Below are positions 7,985-16,088 of a stretch of DNA of 30,685 bases, piece after piece (the stretch's first letter is position 1; each line of letters begins with the position of its first letter). Source of the stretch: Candidatus Eiseniibacteriota bacterium (lineage in GTDB: Bacteria > Eisenbacteria > RBG-16-71-46). The stretch spans positions 1-30,685 of the forward strand of contig JAHFBX010000002.1 in the NCBI GenBank assembly GCA_023249815.1, in the 5' to 3' direction. The notes under the pieces are model-generated. The model was not told the origin of the DNA, did no database searches, and worked only from the letters and a program-made list of their open reading frames with translations. Made by a program: the position numbers and the translations under genes.

Positions 7985-8950
7985 TCAGCGGCGAAGCGAC
8001 AGCGCCGGGGCGGGGCCGGATGAGCAGGCCCGCACGCGGTCGCCGGGTCGCGCCTCGCCTTCGGCGAGCCTCGCGCGCACATGGTTCGGGCGGTCGAGAG
8101 CGGTGACCACGAGCACCCCGACACGTACCTCCTCCCCGAGCCGCACGAGGTCTTCGTCGTAGGTCTCGATCCCGGCGCGCCATACCTCGAGGCGCTGCCC
8201 GGTGAAGTGACCGCGCGCGGTGCCGACGTCGAGCGAACACAGCTCCCCCACCACCGTCTCGACGCGCGCCTGCCAGCGCTCCTGGAGCCTCGCGCGGATC
8301 GTGTGCGCGAGGTCCGAGAGCGTCTCGCCGAGCGCTTCGCCGAGCAGGGTTTCGGGCATGGCGGCAACGAGCGATCGGTCGGGGCGAGACACCGTCGCGG
8401 TGCCACGCCCGGTGCGATCGCGCGACGCGCTCGTCTCGATGATCACCGAGCCATCGATGGCGTCCAGCACGCGCAGCGTCACACGCACCCGGGCGCGCGA
8501 TCGCGAATCGGGTGCCCCCACGCCCCAGCGCCAGAGCTTTCCGCCCTCGCGGCGGTCCTCGTGGACGAACTCGGTGACCGTACCAGTCATGACGATCTCG
8601 GCGTCCACGCGACGGGCCGACGCGAGTGCGGGCGCGTCATCCTCCGCGCGGCGAGCCGTCGGATCCGCGGCCGGGATCACGAACACGTCGCGGCCTCGCG
8701 TCGCGCGCAACGAGTCGGCGAGCAGCCGGGTGACGAGTGTCGCGGGCGAGGCCCCGGTCCACGCCTCCCAGGTGTGATCGGTGGCGTCCGCCAGCGAGAC
8801 CAGGAGGACACGAGCGTGCGGCGGATCGCAATCGCTCGAGGGCACGGCGGCGCGCGCGGGTCCGGGCCACGCCGCGAGCGACAGCGCGGCGAGCCACCGG
8901 AGGGCGCGCGGGAGGCGCGCAGGCAGGTCGCGGGGAGACAGGGAGGCCAC
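7985..8950 (-). CDS. Secreted CsgG/HfaB- or FlgT-like protein (alpha/beta domain plus C-terminal FlgT-like beta domain)
   Basis: Signal peptide ending ...WPGPARA; DAEIVMTGTVTEF and VRVTLRVLDAIDGSVI segments of the CsgG/FlgT-middle type; C-terminal LDVGTARGHFTGQRLEVWR...GDRV. GTG start; exact start uncertain. Confidence 0.6.
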   Translation of the reverse strand: MASLSPRDLPARLPRALRWLAALSLAAWPGPARAAVPSSDCDPPHARVLLVSLADATDHTWEAWTGASPATLVTRLLADSLRATRGRDVFVIPAADPTARRAEDDAPALASARRVDAEIVMTGTVTEFVHEDRREGGKLWRWGVGAPDSRSRARVRVTLRVLDAIDGSVIIETSASRDRTGRGTATVSRPDRSLVAAMPETLLGEALGETLSDLAHTIRARLQERWQARVETVVGELCSLDVGTARGHFTGQRLEVWRAGIETYDEDLVRLGEEVRVGVLVVTALDRPNHVRARLAEGEARPGDRVRACSSGPAPALSLRR

Positions 8951-9151
8951 CTCGAGGGGAGCCCCGGGGAGGTGCCGGGGGACCTTGTGCGGATGCCGGG
9001 TCCATCCGGCTCCTCATTCCCCGATGCACGCGGCGGACCACACGCGGGCGGCGCGGAATCCACGCCAATCGGCGACTGGCGGGTCTTCGAACCGTGAGCC
9101 GGTGGGCGGGCCGCCCCAGGCGAGGGGCGGTTCACCCGGCCACAGGGAGGA

Positions 9152-10363
9152 TCAGCGAGGCATGATCAGCGTGTCGCCCGGATCCTCGCCCTCGAGCTCC
9201 ACGGGGTACTCCGCTGGCAGCTCGCGCAGGCTCTCGATGAACAGCGGCACCTCGTCCGACAGATGGGCGAGCGCCTCGGGGCCCTCGCCCACGCGCAGGA
9301 TCTCGTAGAGCGTCGTGCGCTGAGCCGGCGTGAAGCCGGATTCGCGAATCAGCGTCTCGATCTCGGCGACGGTGGTCTTGTTCACGTGCCCGGTGGCGAG
9401 ATGGACGTTCTCCTCGAACAACGTACCGCCGAAGTCGTCGGCGCCGAAGTGCAGGCTCATCTGGCCGGTCTTCTTGCCCTCGCTGAACCATGACGCCTGG
9501 ATGTGCTGGAAGTTGTCGAGGTAGAGACGGCTCGCGGCCAAAATGCGGAAGTACTGGCTCGCGCCGGCGATGAACGGCACCTTCGACTCCATCGGCGTGT
9601 TGCCGCGCTTGTAGCTCCACGGCACGAACGCGGTGAAGCCCCCGGTCTCGTCCTGGAGCGCGCGGATGTGGTCGAAGTGCTCCACGACTTCGTCCGGCGT
9701 CTCGACGTGGCCGTACATCATGGTGGCGGTGGAGCGCATGCCGACGGCATGCGCCTGGGCGTGCACGTCGAGCCACGCCTCCGGCCCGCCTTTCTTGACC
9801 GAGATGCGTTTGCGCACACGCGTCGCGAGGATCTCCGCGCCGCCGCCCGGCAGCGTGCGCTGGCCGGCCTCATGGAGCGCTTCGAGCACGCCACGCAGCG
9901 ACAGCCCGCTCACCTCGGCCATCTGGTGGATCTCGGGCGCCGAGAAGAAGTGCGGCGTGATCTCCGGATAACGCCGGCGCGCCTCGCGCACGATGTCGGT
10001 GTAGAACTTCCACGGGATCTCGGGATTCAGGCCGCCCTGCAGCAGCACCGTGGTGGCGCCGAGCCCGCGCGCGTTCTCCATCATGGCCATGACGCCTTCC
10101 ACGTCGTGCGTATAGCCATCCGCGGCCGGCTTCTTAGGGTTGCGGTAGAACGCACAGAAGTGGCAATCCACCGTGCACCAGTTCGTGTAGTTGGGATTCG
10201 TGTCGATGACGTAGGTGACGATGCGCGGATCCGTGCGCCGGGCGCGGGCCTCGTTCGCGAGCGCGCCCAGCTCGATGAGCGGAGCCTCCGTGAGCAGATA
10301 CACGCCCTCGTCGTGGTTCAGGCGCTCACCGCGCGTCACTCGGTCTTCGATTCGGTTCAACAC
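9152..10363 (-). CDS. mqnC: Cyclic dehypoxanthinyl futalosine synthase (radical SAM, CofH/MqnC family)
   Basis: CTVDCHFC radical-SAM motif, VTYVIDTNPNYTN, LLQGGLNP, LPGGGAEIL, TATMMYGH, HIQASW, GADDFGGT. SD gaggag before GTG 10363 (TTG 10360 also possible). Confidence 0.9.
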   Translation of the reverse strand: MLNRIEDRVTRGERLNHDEGVYLLTEAPLIELGALANEARARRTDPRIVTYVIDTNPNYTNWCTVDCHFCAFYRNPKKPAADGYTHDVEGVMAMMENARGLGATTVLLQGGLNPEIPWKFYTDIVREARRRYPEITPHFFSAPEIHQMAEVSGLSLRGVLEALHEAGQRTLPGGGAEILATRVRKRISVKKGGPEAWLDVHAQAHAVGMRSTATMMYGHVETPDEVVEHFDHIRALQDETGGFTAFVPWSYKRGNTPMESKVPFIAGASQYFRILAASRLYLDNFQHIQASWFSEGKKTGQMSLHFGADDFGGTLFEENVHLATGHVNKTTVAEIETLIRESGFTPAQRTTLYEILRVGEGPEALAHLSDEVPLFIESLRELPAEYPVELEGEDPGDTLIMPR

Positions 10364-10433
10364 GGGGGTGGACTCCTCGTGACGGACGCGCGGTCGCTTG
10401 GCAAGGCGGCTCTCATGGCTGCGGCGGCGACCG

Positions 10434-10462
10434 AGGATACACCGCGCACGTGGCGCCTCCAA
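10434..10462 (-). promoter_or_regulatory. Possible sigma70-type promoter for mqnC
   Basis: Minus strand TTGGAG-N17-TATCCT, immediately downstream of the pilin-operon terminator. Weak consensus match. Confidence 0.3.
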
Positions 10463-10497
10463 AGCGAAGCGCCCGTCACCGGGAGCGTGACGGGCGC
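10460..10497 (-). terminator. Intrinsic terminator after the minor-pilin operon
   Basis: Perfect 11-bp stem gcgcccgtcac / gtgacgggcgc with a 7-nt loop, followed on the minus strand by ttcgcttt, about 28 nt after the pilX-like stop. Confidence 0.7.
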
Positions 10498-10524
10498 ATG
10501 AACCAAGTCGGTGCGGCGAGGCGG

Positions 10525-11760
10525 CTATTGCTCGCGCCAGGACAGGGTCACGTACTGACCGCCGTACTTCGCGAGCGCCTGTTCGATCGCTGCTTTGGAG
10601 TAGAGAATCGTCATGCCACCGTTCCCCTTGACCTTGGTCTTGCCGGTCACGATGACGCCGCCCAGGATCCACGCTTGGCCGTTGATGTCGAAGTCGCCTT
10701 CCACGAAGACCAGTCCCTTGTAATGGAAGCCGGCGTTCACGTGCAGATCCCCGTCCACATAGAGGAAGCCCTCGCCGTCCACGCTGTGCAGGGCCAGCGA
10801 GGCTGACTGATCTCGTGTCGTCGTGTTGTTGTCCCAATAGGTGAGGCCGTTCCAGGTCGAGGGTGGCGTGTTCCGGGGTGCGCCGAGCCAGGAGTAGAAC
10901 TCGGACTGCGACATGGTGAACGCCTCCCACGGCCCGGCGTAGAACCCGGTCTGGCCCGCGGAGAAGCCGGCCGGGCTGCCTGACGCGCCCGAGGCGCCGG
11001 CACCGGTCACGGCGCCGGTGCTCCACGCACCGGGCAGGTTCATTCCGCCGACCTCGTTGTCGATGCAATGGCTGGCGTCGCCAGGCATGACGCCGCGCCC
11101 GTCCTCGCCGTCGTCGTAGGGCGTGTCGCCATCGTGGTTGTAGCCGCAGATGTAGGCGTTACCCACGAACTCGATGGGGACGTCCGCGGTCAGGGCGCCC
11201 TTCACGTTCACGATGAACGGCTTGGCGATCACCTCGCTGACCAGGCTGCGGCGCGCCGAGCCCACGCGGCCCGTGGAGCTCACGACGTAGACCGGCGAGC
11301 CGGTCAGAGCGTTCATGGTCGGGTTCTTCGTCGGGTCGTACCGCATCACCGCCGTGCCCGTGGGATCTTTCTTCCAGCTGATCGTGAGCACGTCCGGTCC
11401 GCGTGTCGCGCTGGTGTAGTTCAAGTATTGGCCCACTGGCTGACCCGTGGCGAGTCCGATCGAGTCCGCGCCGAGCGCGGGTACGCTACCGGCGATGGTG
11501 TTGAACACCTGGCAGACGTCGTCCGGGTCGGTCGGGTCCATGAGCGTCTCCTGGTTCTTGATGCGGGCAATGGCTTCGCCCACACCCGCCTCCGCCAGGT
11601 TCAGCGACTGCCGCATGCGCTGATCGTTGCCTGCGAGCCCACGGTTCATGCTCGCCCCAGCCATGAGGACGAGTCCGAGCAGGGACATGACGAGCAGGAT
11701 GAGCAGGGCCATCACGAGTGCGATGCCCCGTTCGTTGCGGTGATGCCGAGTCGCGTTCAT
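10525..11760 (-). CDS. pilX: PilX-like minor type IV pilin (411 aa)
   Basis: Class III signal ERG|IALVMALLILLVMSLLG lacks Glu5, the PilX/GspK hallmark. Also SLNLAEAGV and C-terminal VDGDL/VEGDF beta-repeats. Last gene of the pilin cluster. Confidence 0.75.
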   Translation of the reverse strand: MNATRHHRNERGIALVMALLILLVMSLLGLVLMAGASMNRGLAGNDQRMRQSLNLAEAGVGEAIARIKNQETLMDPTDPDDVCQVFNTIAGSVPALGADSIGLATGQPVGQYLNYTSATRGPDVLTISWKKDPTGTAVMRYDPTKNPTMNALTGSPVYVVSSTGRVGSARRSLVSEVIAKPFIVNVKGALTADVPIEFVGNAYICGYNHDGDTPYDDGEDGRGVMPGDASHCIDNEVGGMNLPGAWSTGAVTGAGASGASGSPAGFSAGQTGFYAGPWEAFTMSQSEFYSWLGAPRNTPPSTWNGLTYWDNNTTTRDQSASLALHSVDGEGFLYVDGDLHVNAGFHYKGLVFVEGDFDINGQAWILGGVIVTGKTKVKGNGGMTILYSKAAIEQALAKYGGQYVTLSWREQ

Positions 11761-11773
11761 GTTCGCCGTCCGA

Positions 11774-14700
11774 TCAGCGGATGAAGACAACGAGGGCGCC
11801 GGTCGTCGCACTCGCCTTCACGCCGGCCGCGAGGTCGGAGAGATAGGGCGAAGGCGGTGCCGTCGTGTTGAGGCCGTAGTTGAAGTTGGCACTCGCCAGG
11901 GCTGGGACCATGTTCACGACCGTGCCCTGCGACGGATCGACACTCAGGAACGGGATGAGCCCCAAGTCCATGTAGAAGATGCAGACTCCACCGCCGTAGC
12001 CCGCGGTGGAAGTGCGGAAGCCCACCGCGAGGTCCGTGCGATTCGCCAAGCCGCCCAGGTCCGCGGCCACCATGCTCAGGACGATGCCGGGCGCGTCGAC
12101 ACCGCGCACGATGGCGAACGAGTAGGGCGTCACCGCGCCGGTATTGCGGAACTGGTAGATACGACCCTGCGACGTGTTGCGCTGGGTGCCCACGAAGATG
12201 TCCTTCCAACCGTCCCCGTCGGCGTCCAGGCAGACCACGGACGTCGGCGTGAGCCCGCCGAACGTCACCGCGTAGCGGTAGGCGAACCGGTTGCCCGCGG
12301 TGCGGCCGCGGTTCTCGTAGACCACCATCTGGCCGTTGTAGTCGCTCGTGCGTGTGGCCACGAGCAGGTCCTTGTCGCCGTCGTTGTCCATGTCGGCGAG
12401 CGTCATGCTGTTCACTTCGCCCATGATGAGCGTCGAGATGGAGTTGAACTTCTCGTCCCGGGTGAACGTCGGCGTCGCCGGCGCCGCCGCGTCGTTGTTG
12501 AGCCACACCTCGAACGATCCCTGCCCCGCGACGGGAGACTTGGTGCCGACGATGATGTCCGGCATGGCGCCGCCACCCACGTCGAGCGTGACCACCGACT
12601 GTACGTCGCCGGCGTCGGCGGTGGTGTAGTTGCCGCCGGTGCTGTACGTGGTCGGCAGGTAGCCCTCGTTGTTGCTCGAGCCCTGCGTGAACCACACGTA
12701 GAAGTTGCCCGATGGTGAGTATTTCGTTCCGGTGACGAGATCCGGGCGCAGCGGGTTGTCGTTCTGGTCGAGCGTGTCCACCGCCATCGCCATGACGGAG
12801 TTCGGCGCCAGGCGCGTGTAGCCGTCCGGGTTCGTCGGCGTGGCATTGAACAGCGGCGAGCTGGCGTAGCGGTTGAACCACACCGAGACGTTGTCCGTGG
12901 CGCCAGCGTCGGCGCCCAGCAGCAGGTCCTGGTCGTGGCGGGCCTCGTTCGTCTTCTTGCCGTTCCAGTCCGCCTCGATGACGTCCGCCGCGGTCAGCGA
13001 GAGCACGCGGTTCGCCGTGAGCCGGATGATCTGGAAGTTCGCCATACCGAAGTTGATACCCGTGATCTGCGGCGTCGAAGCCAGCCACAGTCCGCCCAGC
13101 GACGTCCCGCTGGTCGGGAAGTAGCCTGCCGGCGGCACGGTGTAGACGGAGTACGCGTTCACGTGCGGCGGGTCGTTCACCGGCGCCGTGATCGCATAGT
13201 CGCCCGAGGCATCCGACATCGCGTAGCCCGCGACAGTGGTGCCACCGTCCTTCGTCGCGCCCACCCAGACGTTCGCGATACCGGGTTCGCCGGTCTCCCA
13301 CGTGCCGTTTCGGTTGGCATCCACGTACACCTTGCCCGAGATCTTGCCGGTGATCTGGTGCACGAGGCCGAACGCCGTCGAGTCGCTGCCGCCGTTCGAC
13401 ATGCTGCCGGCGTAGGGGTTCGTATTCGTCACGCCGAGCGTGTCGGGGTTGACGCAGGTCACGGTGAAGCCACCGACGCCGGTGAACAGCGCGACGCGAC
13501 CCACGGCGTCGGTGACGCCGCTCGTCGCTTCGGGAGTGCCGGGACTGATGTTGATGCGGACACCCTGAATCGGCGTCTCGGTGACGTCCCAGCTTGCATT
13601 CGCGTTCTCATCGTGCCACGCGCGGACGGTGACATACCCGCCGCTGCGTGCGGTGTCCGCGAAGTCCTTCGAGTAGGCGGCGTTCGCGATCGTCACGTTG
13701 AACGTGTCTGGCGCCATATACGAGCCAAAGCCCATCGCCGGCGTGTGCTTGAGCACGTAGTTGCCGGACGGCGCGCGGAGCTGGTAGTAGCCCCCCGAGT
13801 TCGTGTACGCGACATAGTTGCCCAGTCGGACGGTGGCATTCAGAATGCCGACCTCGCCGCCGTTCATGGTGCCGTTCGTATTGGCGTCATCGAACACGTA
13901 GCCCGAGACGACGTACGTCGACGGACCAAAGTCCGGCACGCTGCGGGCCGCGTTCACGTCGCTCTTGAGCGTGGTCTGCGGATACTGGCCCTTCGCGTCG
14001 GGCCGCGACGCGGCGGCGGTCACGCGGAGCTCCACGCGCTGGATGTCCTGAAGCCGGTTCTGCGGCACTGGGCCATTGCTCCAGTCCCACGGCGTGGACA
14101 GACCGCGGAAGTACACGGTGAACAGCGCCGGCACACCGGTGTCGCCGGGCTTGCGGACGAGCGCCACGCGCTCGGTGGTGCCGCCGTTGTCATTGGCCAC
14201 GTCGTTCGTGGAGTCGCCGTACACCTGGCGCACGAGCACGTAGTCGTTCGGGTTCGGCGTGGCGGCTGCGTCCGCGCCCTGCGGCGCGGAGATGTCGCTC
14301 GCGTCCACGGCGCCGTCGTTGTTCACGTCGAGCGTGTAGCGGATGAGTTCGGCGCCGGTGCGATAGCGGATCGGCGGCGCGTAGACCGTGCCGTCCAGCG
14401 GCTTCGGGCGCGGCGAGTCGGCCGGGTCGTACGCCAGCGGCGCGTGTGGTCCCGTCGCGTTGTCCGGGAACGGCAGCTGGTTCTGGGACATGATGATCTC
14501 GAGCGAATCCACATACGCGATGGCCGGCTGCTGTGGCGAGTAGTCGGTGTCGGCTCCGTAGCCTGCCGTGCGGATGTCACGCGACATGAGATCGAGCGCC
14601 GCGCGGGCGAACTGCTCGCTCTCGATGCGGCCCGTCGTGCGCTGCTTGCTCTTCGCCGAGTTCTGGAGGACGAGGGTCACCGTCACCGCGACCAGCGCGA

Positions 14701-14797
14701 AGATGACCAGCGTGACCATCAGTTCGATGAGCGTGAAGCCCGCCGAACGCGGCCGTTGTGAACGGATGGAGCGAGGAAGGGCAAGCATCGGATTCAC
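11774..14797 (-). CDS. Giant PilW-like minor pilin (about 1005 aa): prepilin N-terminus, SdrD-B/Cna-B-like repeats and FG-GAP/VCBS-like repeats
   Basis: SAG|FTLIELMVTLVIFALV and AALDLMSRDIRTAGY (PilW-like). Repeats VSGYVFDDANTNG and ISGKVYVDANRNG, then DVGGGAMPDIIV, DMDNDGDKDLLV, DADGDGWKDIFV. GTG 14797 overlaps the pilV TGA (GTGA); ATG 14788 is the alternative start. Confidence 0.8.
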   Translation of the reverse strand: MNPMLALPRSIRSQRPRSAGFTLIELMVTLVIFALVAVTVTLVLQNSAKSKQRTTGRIESEQFARAALDLMSRDIRTAGYGADTDYSPQQPAIAYVDSLEIIMSQNQLPFPDNATGPHAPLAYDPADSPRPKPLDGTVYAPPIRYRTGAELIRYTLDVNNDGAVDASDISAPQGADAAATPNPNDYVLVRQVYGDSTNDVANDNGGTTERVALVRKPGDTGVPALFTVYFRGLSTPWDWSNGPVPQNRLQDIQRVELRVTAAASRPDAKGQYPQTTLKSDVNAARSVPDFGPSTYVVSGYVFDDANTNGTMNGGEVGILNATVRLGNYVAYTNSGGYYQLRAPSGNYVLKHTPAMGFGSYMAPDTFNVTIANAAYSKDFADTARSGGYVTVRAWHDENANASWDVTETPIQGVRINISPGTPEATSGVTDAVGRVALFTGVGGFTVTCVNPDTLGVTNTNPYAGSMSNGGSDSTAFGLVHQITGKISGKVYVDANRNGTWETGEPGIANVWVGATKDGGTTVAGYAMSDASGDYAITAPVNDPPHVNAYSVYTVPPAGYFPTSGTSLGGLWLASTPQITGINFGMANFQIIRLTANRVLSLTAADVIEADWNGKKTNEARHDQDLLLGADAGATDNVSVWFNRYASSPLFNATPTNPDGYTRLAPNSVMAMAVDTLDQNDNPLRPDLVTGTKYSPSGNFYVWFTQGSSNNEGYLPTTYSTGGNYTTADAGDVQSVVTLDVGGGAMPDIIVGTKSPVAGQGSFEVWLNNDAAAPATPTFTRDEKFNSISTLIMGEVNSMTLADMDNDGDKDLLVATRTSDYNGQMVVYENRGRTAGNRFAYRYAVTFGGLTPTSVVCLDADGDGWKDIFVGTQRNTSQGRIYQFRNTGAVTPYSFAIVRGVDAPGIVLSMVAADLGGLANRTDLAVGFRTSTAGYGGGVCIFYMDLGLIPFLSVDPSQGTVVNMVPALASANFNYGLNTTAPPSPYLSDLAAGVKASATTGALVVFIR

Positions 14798-15204
14798 CGC
14801 CTCACGTAGGTGGTTGCCGTCACCGACCGGGACGCCTGGCTGGCGCCCTGGTAGCTGACCGTCACGTCCACCTTCTTCAGGTTGTCGAGAGTTCCGGTCA
14901 TCGTGGTCACCTGGTAGAAGCGCAGCCAGTGACCGTTTCCGAGCGTGTCCATGGCAGCACCCGCCGGATGTCGTCCGTCCATGAGCATTGGGTCCGCCCA
15001 GTTCCGTCCGGTCACCTGCTCGAGCGTCTCCTGCGCGTAGTAGTTCGCGCCGATCAGGAGGCGGTCCTGCACCTGCGACCTCGCGCCGGCGGGAAAGATG
15101 CGCCCCACGGCGAGAATGCCGAACGCCAGCACCACGAGCGCGATGAGCAGCTCGACCAGGGACATCCCGCGTTCTGGCGCGGGAGCGGGGGTGCGGGTTC
15201 GCAA
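14794..15204 (-). CDS. pilV: PilV-like minor type IV pilin (136 aa)
   Basis: ERG|MSLVELLIALVVLAFGILAV, LKKVDVTVSY. TTG start with SD aggag overlapping the upstream TAG. Confidence 0.75.
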   Translation of the reverse strand: MRTRTPAPAPERGMSLVELLIALVVLAFGILAVGRIFPAGARSQVQDRLLIGANYYAQETLEQVTGRNWADPMLMDGRHPAGAAMDTLGNGHWLRFYQVTTMTGTLDNLKKVDVTVSYQGASQASRSVTATTYVRR

Positions 15205-15213
15205 GCGGATCTC

Positions 15214-15648
15214 CTAGCGGATCAGGGCGAGACCCGAGAGCTGGACGCTCACGGTGTCTGCGCCTCCGACCTGGTTCATGAGCACGACGAGGCCTGAGGT
15301 GTTCACCCGCCCGTCGCGCGTGAGCACGAGGGAGGCGGGGCTCGCCGAGGCGTACTGGACGCCGTTGGGAAGGCTGGTGTGGTTGGAGCGGCCCTGGCTG
15401 ATGCACGTCCAGCCTGGCGGTGTACCGGTGTTGAAGTTGAGGATCACGCTCTGGCCGGTGGTCATGGCGCGCGATCGCTGGAGTTGGACCGTCTGCACCA
15501 GGTTCTCGGCCGTGCCGCGCAACTTCTGGCTCGCCGCGTACTTCTGGTACGACGGGATCCCCATCCCCACGAGCATCCCGAAGATGATCAGGACGATCAT
15601 GAGCTCCACGAGCGAGAACCCTCGCGAGGAGCAGCGGTTGGGATCCAT
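15214..15648 (-). CDS. FimT/FimU/GspH-like minor pilin (144 aa)
   Basis: SRG|FSLVELMIVLIIFGMLVGMGIPSY, LQRSRAMTTGQSV, LVLTRDGR. SD gagga before ATG 15648. Confidence 0.8.
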   Translation of the reverse strand: MDPNRCSSRGFSLVELMIVLIIFGMLVGMGIPSYQKYAASQKLRGTAENLVQTVQLQRSRAMTTGQSVILNFNTGTPPGWTCISQGRSNHTSLPNGVQYASASPASLVLTRDGRVNTSGLVVLMNQVGGADTVSVQLSGLALIR

Positions 15649-15808
15649 CAGGGAGTCCTCTCGGGGACACGTCGAGTCCGGAAGCCGTGAACGGGCCACC
15701 CTTTCGCTATCGGCAGCTCGGATTTCCGACTGAACCACCGAGATGCGAACGGGTGTGCTTCGGGCGGCCCCGAGCGTCGCCGCCCGGGGAACTGCCCCTG
15801 ATGGCATC

Positions 15809-15825
15809 TGCATGAAACCTGCCAA
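15809..15825 (-). promoter_or_regulatory. Putative sigma54 (-24/-12) promoter for the pilin operon
   Basis: Minus strand TTGGCAGGTTTCATGCA has exact GG-N10-GC spacing with TGGCA and TGCA cores, about 160 nt upstream of the fimT-like ATG. Confidence 0.65.
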
Positions 15826-15863
15826 GCACTTGGAAGGGCTTGACGCGGTCCGAAACGCGTGAC

Positions 15864-15880
15864 TGTCGTGCATCACGACA
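15864..15880. promoter_or_regulatory. Palindrome TGTCGTG-cat-CACGACA, candidate enhancer-binding-protein site
   Basis: Perfect 7-bp inverted repeat (TGT-N11-ACA) upstream of the sigma54 motif, with an extra half-site TGTCGTG at 15911-15917. Confidence 0.45.
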
Positions 15881-16012
15881 TGCTTCGGGGCGATTGCCCC
15901 GGCGCGGATTTGTCGTGGGATGAAACTTGAGACGCAGGGCCGTGCAGGATGCGGGCCGCGTCCCGGCTTGGTCCTGGGCTCGGACCATCGCGCCGGGGCG
16001 GCTCACCCGGGA

Positions 16013-16060
16013 GAAACGCGCGGGCCCGCCCCGACTTTGGAGCGGGCCCACGCGCGTTTC
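16013..16060 (-). terminator. Strong hairpin after the TIGR00266 gene (terminator-like)
   Basis: gaaacgcgcgggcccgc pairs with gcgggccc(ac)gcgcgtttc: about 17 bp with a 2-nt bulge, 29 nt past the stop. Weak pyrimidine tail. Confidence 0.55.
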
Positions 16061-16088
16061 GTCGTCACCGCCCGATCGGGCGGCCGCG

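Noticed and set aside
9045-9070. GG-N10-GC upstream of the CsgG-like gene (sigma54?)
   Set aside because: The -12 context is CCGC rather than TTGC/TGCA, too weak at this GC content.
9152-11068. Listed 638-aa ORF suggesting an N-terminally extended MqnC
   Set aside because: The extension overlaps pilX in another frame and crosses a terminator. An SD and start sit at 10363.
11774-15670. Listed 1298-aa ORF suggesting one giant fused protein
   Set aside because: Its first roughly 290 residues overlap the fimT- and pilV-like genes in another frame. The prepilin motif and GTGA coupling put the real start at 14797/14788.
15660-15800. c-di-GMP-I/GEMM riboswitch in the pilin leader
   Set aside because: Only a 3'-like CCGAGCTGCCGA is present; the AAACC...GNRA...GG and GACGCAAAGC elements are absent.
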